Positions 43,433 through 50,508 of a DNA stretch of 50,508 bases are shown here, one piece after another (the stretch's first letter is position 1; every line of letters begins with the position of its first letter). The notes under the pieces were generated by a model. That model was given only the letters and a program-made list of their open reading frames with translations. It did no database searches and was not told the origin of the DNA. This DNA comes from Candidatus Micrarchaeia archaeon (lineage in GTDB: Archaea > Micrarchaeota > Micrarchaeia > Anstonellales > Bilamarchaeaceae). Made by a program: the position numbers and the translations under genes. The DNA lies in the NCBI GenBank assembly GCA_033853355.1, contig JAWOLP010000002.1:1-50508 (forward strand), read 5' to 3'.

Positions 43433-45103
43433 TCAATAGTGCCTCGGCACGGGCTTGAACCGGCTGACGCGCACGTCCCGGTAGCCGAGCGTTGGCCCGC
43501 CCGCTCCCTTGGCGCAGGTGACGTGCTTGAGCCAGGCCCTATCGTCCCTCTGCGGGAAGTCCGTCCTCCAGTGCGCGCCCCTGGATTCCGTCCTCGCGAT
43601 GGCGCTCTCGACGATGCAGCCGGCGAGCCTGAGCATGAAGGATAGCTCGTACGCCTCCTCCAGCTCGGCGTTGAACACGCCGCTATGCTCGCTCACCATC
43701 ACTGCCTCCTTCTCCAGGCGTGCGATGGCCGCGCGCCCCTCCCCGAGCGAAGCGGCATCCCGGAAGGGCCCGGCGTGGTCGTCCATCGCCTTGCCCATCT
43801 TCTGGCGCACCTGCCGGGGCATCGCCGCGCCCTTCATGCCGGTGTTGGCGATCCAGGCCTTCTTCCGCTTCTCCTCGCCCTCGAGGATCCCCTTGCCGAT
43901 CGTGCCGAACGCCTTCCCCTCTATATAAGAGAGCGCGCCCAGGCCGGCCCTCCTCCCGAACACCAGGGTCTCCATCAGCGAGTTGCCTCCGAGGCGGTTC
44001 GCTCCGTGCACGCTGACGCACGCGCACTCGCCGGCAGCGAAGAGCCCTGCGACCGTGCTCCTGCAGTCGTTGTCGGTCGCGATTCCTGCCATCGTGTAAT
44101 GCTGCCCGGGCTGGACAGGCACCGGCTCCTCGAGCAGGTCTATCCCCAGCAGGTCGAGGGCGTTCTTGCGCATGTCCGGGACGCGGGTCATGATCAGCTC
44201 GGGGTCGAGGTGCCTGAAGTCTATGTACACCGAGTCGCCGAGGACCCCCCGCCCCTCCTTTATCTCCATCGCCTCCGCCCTCGTCACGACATCCCTCGAG
44301 GCGAGCTCCATCTTGTCGGGCGCGTACCTTTTCATGAACCTCTCGCCTTTGGAATTGATGAGATAAGCCCCCTCGCCCCTGGCCGCCTCGCTGAGGAGCT
44401 TGTTCGAGCCGCGGAGCGTGGTCGGATGGAACTGTATCATCTCCATGTCCATTATCAGGGCCCCCGCCTCGTAGGCCATAGCGATCCCGTCCCCTGTGTT
44501 CTCGGGGTTGGTCGTCTTCCCGTAGATCCTCCCCGCGCCGCCGGTGGCCAGGATGACCGCTTTGGCCTGGACCGGCACGAGCTCGCCGGAAGCCTTGTCT
44601 ATCGCGACGACCCCGCTCACCCGCCCGCCGTCCTGCGCGATCGCCACCGCCTGCCACTCGTCATGGACATGGACCCCCAGCTCCAGTGCCTTCCGGTAGA
44701 GCGAATGGATGAGCGCATGCCCGGTCCGATCGGCCGCGTAGCATGTGCGGTTGAAGCTCATCGCGCCGAAGGCCCGCTGCGCGACATTGCCCGAAGGCGC
44801 CTTGCTGAAAGTCACTCCGTACTCCAGCAGCTCCCCTATCACCCGCGGCGCGTCCTTGCAGAGGATCTCGGCCGAGTCCTGGTCGCTGAGGAAGTCGCCC
44901 CCATAGACCGTGTCGTATATGTGCTTCTCGACCGAATCCTTGGGATCGAGGGCCGCGTTTATGCCGCCCTGCGCCTGCGTCGAATGGGCGTTGTTCGGGT
45001 AAGTCTTGCAGAGTATGGCCGCGTCGCACTTCCCCTTCAGCTCTATCGCCGCCCTGAGCCCGGCGAGCCCCCCACCGATGATGACGACATCATGTTTTCT
45101 CAT
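43433..45103 (-). CDS. sdhA: Succinate dehydrogenase/fumarate reductase flavoprotein subunit
   Basis: GGGLAG, HSTQAQGGIN, QFHPT, SEAARGEG, ELASRD, HGANRLGGNSL, ESRGAH. Confidence 0.88.
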   Translation of the reverse strand: MRKHDVVIIGGGLAGLRAAIELKGKCDAAILCKTYPNNAHSTQAQGGINAALDPKDSVEKHIYDTVYGGDFLSDQDSAEILCKDAPRVIGELLEYGVTFSKAPSGNVAQRAFGAMSFNRTCYAADRTGHALIHSLYRKALELGVHVHDEWQAVAIAQDGGRVSGVVAIDKASGELVPVQAKAVILATGGAGRIYGKTTNPENTGDGIAMAYEAGALIMDMEMIQFHPTTLRGSNKLLSEAARGEGAYLINSKGERFMKRYAPDKMELASRDVVTRAEAMEIKEGRGVLGDSVYIDFRHLDPELIMTRVPDMRKNALDLLGIDLLEEPVPVQPGQHYTMAGIATDNDCRSTVAGLFAAGECACVSVHGANRLGGNSLMETLVFGRRAGLGALSYIEGKAFGTIGKGILEGEEKRKKAWIANTGMKGAAMPRQVRQKMGKAMDDHAGPFRDAASLGEGRAAIARLEKEAVMVSEHSGVFNAELEEAYELSFMLRLAGCIVESAIARTESRGAHWRTDFPQRDDRAWLKHVTCAKGAGGPTLGYRDVRVSRFKPVPRHY

Positions 45104-45154
45104 GGCATACCCCCTCCTTGCATGTTTATAATATTTTATCCGAAATAGACGGTA

Positions 45155-45430
45155 ATGGAAGAAGACCAAGAGATGAAAGAGGTCCTCTCGACGGTCTCCG
45201 AGAGCGTCGAGAAGAAATTCGGCAAGAGGCCATACCTGGTCATCGTGACGAAGGCGGACCTGTATTTCGCCAGCCCCCAGGACAAGGAGAAGGGGAAGGT
45301 GACCGGGACCGCCAATTACGTTTATCTGACCAAGCCGCCCCTGGGGAAGGACAGCGTGAGCAAGCTCCTCATCGACACCACGCGCGTGGCCCTCAACTCC
45401 ATGGAGAAGAAGGCGACCGAAGAAAGATGA
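45155..45430 (+). CDS. Small hypothetical protein
   Basis: TTTATAAT ~25 bp upstream; genome-typical codons. Confidence 0.7.
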   Translation: MEEDQEMKEVLSTVSESVEKKFGKRPYLVIVTKADLYFASPQDKEKGKVTGTANYVYLTKPPLGKDSVSKLLIDTTRVALNSMEKKATEER

Positions 45431-45434
45431 TGGC

Positions 45435-46082
45435 ATGGACGGGCGGCCTTCGGAGTTCGCGCTCGGTTTCGGCGAGCGGAGGTTGGAGGATGCGCTCGGG
45501 TCCATCTCGAGGATCTCGCCTGCGCTTTCCGCTTCGGTCCGCGCCTCATCAGGTTCGGGCGATCCGCTCGTCCGCATGCGGAGGGCATCGGACGCGCTGC
45601 GCGCTGCGGCGGAGGGCATCCGGAAAGACGGGAAGGCGGATAAGGCGATAGAATCCGAGCTCCGCAGATCCCTGGGCAAGAGCTACTCCAAGACCAACGT
45701 CCTGGCGATGCTCACCGCGCATGCCGAGGGGCTGCTCGCCCTCTCGACCCCTGCCGGGCTCGGAGGCGCGATTTTCCTCCACGAGGCCGAGGGATTCAGG
45801 AAGCGCCTCATCGAGACGGCGCGCGTAAGCGGGGCCGACGAAGCGGCAGCGGACTCTGCGCTCGGCCATCTCGATTCGTGGGTGCGCTCGTTGCTCCTGG
45901 GCAGGCAGGCGGACGATCCGGACGACCCCGTGCTGATGCTCTCCTCCTGCGAGGACGAGGCGTCTGCGGCCAGATGGGCCGGCAAGCTGATCGCACGCTG
46001 CGTCCATGGCACTGACGACGAGGTTGTGAAATCGCTCATCTCGGAAGCCCTCCATTCCTGGCTGGGGGGCAGGGGGAAGTGA
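45435..46082 (+). CDS. Hypothetical protein
   Basis: ORF 4 bp after the previous gene. Confidence 0.62.
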   Translation: MDGRPSEFALGFGERRLEDALGSISRISPALSASVRASSGSGDPLVRMRRASDALRAAAEGIRKDGKADKAIESELRRSLGKSYSKTNVLAMLTAHAEGLLALSTPAGLGGAIFLHEAEGFRKRLIETARVSGADEAAADSALGHLDSWVRSLLLGRQADDPDDPVLMLSSCEDEASAARWAGKLIARCVHGTDDEVVKSLISEALHSWLGGRGK

Positions 46083-46215
46083 AACCGCCGTCCGACTACT
46101 GGTGGCTGCTCATACTCCTGCTCATAATAATCCTCCTCGCCATCTACTGGAGGCGCAGGAAAGGGGAGAAGCGGACGAAACCCGTAAAAACAGATATCCG
46201 CACTTAGACTGCGCT

Positions 46216-47004
46216 ATGCTCATCCACAATCCCTTGCTCAGCCGGATCGAGCTCAACCACCCTTCCTACGCGAGCCGTTCAGACGTGAAGCGCCTCATGA
46301 CCGTGCTCGCCCTCGAGAAAGCAAGGGTGGGGGCCACCCGCGCGGTGCTGAGGGTGCTGACCGAAGGGCCTGCCGGCGGCGACGGCTTCGATGTCGAGGC
46401 CACCAAGGACACGCCCTCCGGCACGCTCGCGTTCTTCGGATCCAACGACCGATGCCGGAGGCCGGACCCCCTGACGATAGCCCGGGAGAGGAGCTACATC
46501 GCCTCGGTCCTCGCGTCGAGGAGGCTCCCGGTTCCCGGCGGCCTGGAGATCGTCCGCCTCGAAGCCTCAGGAGCCGCGGCGGGGGAGCTCGAGTCGGTCT
46601 ATTCAAGGACGTACCGCTACTACCCCGAGCCGCTCGACCGGGCCGCGATATCCAGGAAACTGTCGGAGTGGATCCCTTATGCCGTCGTGGAAGGCGGAAG
46701 GATCGTGTCGGCGCTTTTCGGCGCTCCCTTCTCCTACGGCCCCCTGACCGCGGTCGAATTCACCCTCTGCGCCACGAAGCCGAGCGCCGACGGCATCGGC
46801 ATGACGGCGGCCCTCGCCCGGCGGATCCGCTCCGAGGCGCTCTCCCGCTTCGGCGAATCGGTGATGGTGGCCGAGACCATCGCCGCCCCGGTCATGCGCT
46901 CCTGCCATTCCCTGGGGATGGAAGTCGCCGGAGTCCTGCCGGAGCACTACAGGATGAGTGTCGGGAACCGGGCCTACACCAACCTCTACGCGTGGTTCCT
47001 ATGA
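46216..47004 (+). CDS. GNAT acetyltransferase resembling beta-lysine N-acetyltransferase (AblB/YodP-like)
   Basis: VYSRTYRYYPEPL, VEFTLCATKP..DGIGM, SLGMEVAG.L. Confidence 0.6.
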   Translation: MLIHNPLLSRIELNHPSYASRSDVKRLMTVLALEKARVGATRAVLRVLTEGPAGGDGFDVEATKDTPSGTLAFFGSNDRCRRPDPLTIARERSYIASVLASRRLPVPGGLEIVRLEASGAAAGELESVYSRTYRYYPEPLDRAAISRKLSEWIPYAVVEGGRIVSALFGAPFSYGPLTAVEFTLCATKPSADGIGMTAALARRIRSEALSRFGESVMVAETIAAPVMRSCHSLGMEVAGVLPEHYRMSVGNRAYTNLYAWFL

Positions 47005-47792
47005 GGATCGCCCTGGCGCAGATGGAGATAGCCCAGGGAGACATCGAGGCCAACCTCGGCAAGATGGGGGTGTTCGCGGCCAGGGCCAGGAAGCGCGGGG
47101 CGGACGTCATCGTCTTCCCCGAATACGCGCTAAGCGGCTCAGTGAAGGGGAAGCCGTGGCTCATCGATGCGGCCGGCAGATACCGCCGGATGCTCGGCGA
47201 TCTTGCGGAAGAGAGCGGGCTCGATGTCGTGAGCGGCTCGTTCGTGGAGCGCGTCGGCGGGAAGGATTACAACACCTCCTGCTACTTCGACCGCTCCGGC
47301 AGGCTCCTGGGCGTTTACCGGAAGATCAACCTCTGGCACAGCGAGCGCGGAAGGCTGAGCCCCGGGACCAGGCCCTCGGTGTTCGACACGAGGTTCGGCA
47401 AGGCAGGGCTCGCCCTCTGCTGGGACCTCACCGTTCCGGGCATCTTCCGCCGGATGGCCCGGGAAGGCGCCCGCATCATCTACGTCCCCAGCTTCTGGAG
47501 CGATGCTGGCATCAGCAACTACCGGTATGAGGCCCGCAACATCGACAACCTCTGCTTCGTCCGCGCGCTCGAGAACGAATGCGCCATCGCCTACGCGAAC
47601 GCCGCAGGCGTCTACGACAAGGGCGACAACCTCATAGGCCATTCGCAGCTCGCGGTCCCGATACGCGGGGCCGTGAAGAGGCTCGCCCACAACAAGGAGC
47701 GCCTGGCCGTCGCCGCGGTGCCGGAGAAGGCTCTCGAGCGCGCCGCGAGGGTTTATAAGATACGTTCGGATATCATGGGCGGGCATGATTAG
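47001..47792 (+). CDS. Carbon-nitrogen hydrolase (nitrilase superfamily)
   Basis: VFPEY, YRKINL, LCWD catalytic triad; RALENE. Confidence 0.92.
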   Translation: MRIALAQMEIAQGDIEANLGKMGVFAARARKRGADVIVFPEYALSGSVKGKPWLIDAAGRYRRMLGDLAEESGLDVVSGSFVERVGGKDYNTSCYFDRSGRLLGVYRKINLWHSERGRLSPGTRPSVFDTRFGKAGLALCWDLTVPGIFRRMAREGARIIYVPSFWSDAGISNYRYEARNIDNLCFVRALENECAIAYANAAGVYDKGDNLIGHSQLAVPIRGAVKRLAHNKERLAVAAVPEKALERAARVYKIRSDIMGGHD

Positions 47793-49070
47793 GTGAAACT
47801 GAAACGCGAGCTCGGCCTTGCGAGCACCACCCTCTACGGCATCGGCGTCATCCTCGGCGCGGGGATATACGCCCTCATCGCCGTCGGCGCGGGGCTGGCC
47901 GGCAACATGCTCTGGCTGGCTTTCCTGATCGGGGCGTTCATCGCCGTCTTCACCGCCCTGAGCTATGCCGAGCTCTCTAGCCTCTTCCCCCAGGACGCGG
48001 CCGAGTACAACTACACCCGCAAGGCGTTCGGCCGCGAGTGGCTCTCGTTCGCGGTCGGCTGGGTGCTCGCCATCGGCACGATCGTCGCCGCGTCCACCGT
48101 CGCCCTCGGCTTCGGAGGCTACTTCAGCTCGCTGAGCGGCATCGACGCCAAGGCTGCGGCCATCGGGCTGATAATCGCCATGAGCGCGCTCAACTACCTT
48201 GGCATCAAGGAATCGGCCACCTTCAACACGGTCTCGACCATAATCGAGATGGCCGGGCTGGTCATAGTCATCGCCGCTGCTTTCCTGTCCACGCCGGCGG
48301 TCCCTGCCGACCTCCTCCAGGCTCCCCCGGCCGGCATCGGGGGCATATTGGCCGCGGTCTCGGTGATATTCTTCGCGTACATCGGCTTCGAGAACCTGGC
48401 CAACCTCTCGGAAGAGGTGAAGGACAGCCGGAAGACGGTCCCCCAGGCCCTCGTGCTCGGGCTCGCGATATCCACGATATTATACATGCTGGTGGCGATC
48501 GCCGCGGTGCGCGAGGTCGGCTGGGCCGCGCTCTCGGGCTCGCAGGCCCCCCTCACCCTCGTCGTCTCGAGGGCCCTCGGGCAGTATGCCCCCCTCCTCT
48601 CCTATATCGCGCTTTTCGCCACCGCGAACACCGTCCTCATGTTCCTCATCTCACCCTCGAGGATGCTCTACGGCATGTCGAAAGGAGGCTCGCTCCAGGG
48701 GGTTTTCTCGGTGGTCGGGAAGCGGGGGACGCCCTTCATATCGGTCGCGATAGTCGGGGCTGCCGCCGCGGCGCTCACCTACTGGTCCGACATCAAGACG
48801 GTCGCCCAGCTGACCGACCTGGGGGTCTTCGTCGCGTACCTGGCCGTCAATGCGGCCCTCATCGCGCTCGCCTCGAAGGCGGCTTCGAGGCAGAACGGCA
48901 GCCATTTCAGGAGCCCGCGCCTCATGGGCGTGCCGGTCTTCGCCGTGGCTGGAGCGGCCGCGTCCCTCCTCATGCTCGTAATCTTCCCCTGGTGGCTGTG
49001 GGCCGCCGAGGCGGTGATACTCATCGTCGGCGCAGCGCTCTACCTGGGGCACAAAAAGCAAAAGATATAA
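47793..49070 (+). CDS. APC-family amino acid permease
   Basis: GVILGAGIY, SYAELSS, FFAYIGFE, SRMLYGMS. Confidence 0.93.
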   Translation: MKLKRELGLASTTLYGIGVILGAGIYALIAVGAGLAGNMLWLAFLIGAFIAVFTALSYAELSSLFPQDAAEYNYTRKAFGREWLSFAVGWVLAIGTIVAASTVALGFGGYFSSLSGIDAKAAAIGLIIAMSALNYLGIKESATFNTVSTIIEMAGLVIVIAAAFLSTPAVPADLLQAPPAGIGGILAAVSVIFFAYIGFENLANLSEEVKDSRKTVPQALVLGLAISTILYMLVAIAAVREVGWAALSGSQAPLTLVVSRALGQYAPLLSYIALFATANTVLMFLISPSRMLYGMSKGGSLQGVFSVVGKRGTPFISVAIVGAAAAALTYWSDIKTVAQLTDLGVFVAYLAVNAALIALASKAASRQNGSHFRSPRLMGVPVFAVAGAAASLLMLVIFPWWLWAAEAVILIVGAALYLGHKKQKI

Positions 49071-49092
49071 TCCGGCGCTGCCAATCGTACCC

Positions 49093-50367
49093 ATGGCGTA
49101 CCGGAAGATCATCGCGCTCCTCTCAGCCTCGCTCTTCATCATCCTGCTCCTGTCCGTCGCCAGGGACAGCTTCTTCAGCCCGGTCGAGCCTTCCAAGCAC
49201 ATATACTTCGAGATAGTCTTCCTGCTGCTTCTCGCGGTCGTCGGCGAGCTCGCCGTGGCCTATGTCGGCATGCCTTCCGTCATGATCCTTCTGGTGCTGG
49301 GGATGCTCATCAGCCCGAGCTTCCTCTCGCTCATCTGGGGCTGGCTGGCCGCTTTCGGGATACCCCATCCCGCGATCCAGCCTGACATCCTCAGGTTCAC
49401 CGACGTCATCCATGTCTTCGCCCAGCTCGGCGCGGTCATCCTGCTGTTCAAGGTCGGGCTGCACAACAGGATAGAAGGCATCTTCTCGAAAGAGAACGTG
49501 CTCGTGGCGGCTGCCGGCGTCGTCCTTCCCTTCCTCGCCGGATACGCCTATGCGGTGCTTTCAGGGGGCGGCTTCGCCTATTCCATGTTCGTGGGCGCCG
49601 CGCTCACCGCCACCAGCGTCGGGGTGACGGTCGCCATACTCAAGGAATACGGCCTGCTTGAGGACCGGTTCGCCAGGATAATAATCGGCGCGGCGGTGAT
49701 AGACGACGTCCTGGGGCTGCTCGTCCTCTCATTCGTCATCAACGTATCGGCTGGCGGCAGCTCGCTCCTCCCGCTCGCGACCACCGGCATCTCGGCATTG
49801 ATATTCCTCCTCGGAAGCATCTTTGCCGGGGACTATTTCGTCCGCTACCTGGACCGCAAGGACATGAGCCCGAGGAGGTTCATGGCAGTCCTCGCCTTCA
49901 TGCTTCTCTATGCCTATGTCGCCGAATTCATCAGCCTCTCGGCGATAGTCGGCGCGTTCATGGCCGGTGTCATCCTCAACAAGAGCCGCCACCACGCGGA
50001 GATCGAGGACAAGACATACGGGCTGGAGATCCTCTTCATGCCCATCTTCTTCATATCACTGGGCGTCCTCGTGGACGTCAACGCTCTCGCCGCCTTCGCA
50101 GTGCCGATAGTCATCCTCACGCTCATCGCGGTGGCCACGAAGATCGCGGCCTGCGGTGGAGCATCCCTCCTGTCGAAGCTGAAGCCCCAGGAAGCGCTCG
50201 CGGTCGGCGTGGGGATGGCTCCCCGGGGGGAAGTGGCCCTCATCGTGGCTTCGCTGGGCCTATCCACGGGCGTGCTCGATGCGCCGGAATACTCGGTGAT
50301 ATCTGCGATGGCGCTCCTGACCACATTGGTAGTGCCGCCGGTGCTGAACCGGGTGCTGAAAAAATAG
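49093..50367 (+). CDS. CPA2 cation:proton antiporter (NapA-like)
   Basis: ATSVGVT, AAVIDDVLGL, GAFMAG, PIFF, GMAPRGEV. Confidence 0.93.
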   Translation: MAYRKIIALLSASLFIILLLSVARDSFFSPVEPSKHIYFEIVFLLLLAVVGELAVAYVGMPSVMILLVLGMLISPSFLSLIWGWLAAFGIPHPAIQPDILRFTDVIHVFAQLGAVILLFKVGLHNRIEGIFSKENVLVAAAGVVLPFLAGYAYAVLSGGGFAYSMFVGAALTATSVGVTVAILKEYGLLEDRFARIIIGAAVIDDVLGLLVLSFVINVSAGGSSLLPLATTGISALIFLLGSIFAGDYFVRYLDRKDMSPRRFMAVLAFMLLYAYVAEFISLSAIVGAFMAGVILNKSRHHAEIEDKTYGLEILFMPIFFISLGVLVDVNALAAFAVPIVILTLIAVATKIAACGGASLLSKLKPQEALAVGVGMAPRGEVALIVASLGLSTGVLDAPEYSVISAMALLTTLVVPPVLNRVLKK

Positions 50368-50373
50368 GGGCCC

Positions 50374-50508
50374 GTGAGCATCGCTCATGCCGTCTACTTG
50401 AACGACGTTTCGTTCAAGGGATGTCCTTGGACGTCGAAACGTCCAAGACAGCCGTGAACCACGGGTTCGCGGCACGCATGAACCAAAGGTTCATGCCGTC
50501 TCTGGACC
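50374..50508. repeat. Cluster of related hairpins, truncated by the window edge
   Basis: Stems at 50397-50418, 50426-50447, 50451-50473 and 50476-50496; TCATGCCGTCT repeated at 50385 and 50491. Confidence 0.75.

Noticed and set aside
43433-45679. 748-aa version of SdhA
   Set aside because: The extension is antisense to two plus-strand genes; the FAD-binding motif begins just after 45103
50374-50508. CRISPR array
   Set aside because: Units are not identical repeats, there are no 30-40 nt spacers and no cas genes in the window

Overview
GC-rich archaeal chromosomal segment, most likely DPANN (Ca. Micrarchaeota-like). The taxon is an inference from archaeal TATA boxes, GGTGA-type Shine-Dalgarno sites, archease plus RtcB, two tRNAs with BHB-type introns and no encoded CCA, and many ORFans. 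It holds about 60 CDS, mostly metabolic, transport and housekeeping genes. No rRNA, CRISPR array, integrase or transposase was seen. Main oddities: (1) a near-complete bacterial group 1/2 sigma-70 homologue behind an archaeal TATA box, lying between rtcB and archease; (2) tRNA-Glu(CTC) and tRNA-Asn(GTT) introns built from the same palindromic modules that occur as intergenic repeats, one just upstream of archease; (3) two paralogues sharing an unrecognised ~230-aa N-terminal region, one ending in an intact HicA (followed by hicB), the other carrying a His-less HicA-like segment and a HipA/PI3K-like kinase motif set; (4) three promoters with a conserved GGAA-N3-TTCC x2 plus weak-TATA architecture, one driving an 844-aa tandem-phosphoesterase/coiled-coil protein; (5) several micro-ORFs missed by the ORF track, including a zinc ribbon with no canonical start codon; (6) a hairpin array at the right edge. 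All protein calls come from motif recognition by eye; no searches were run.
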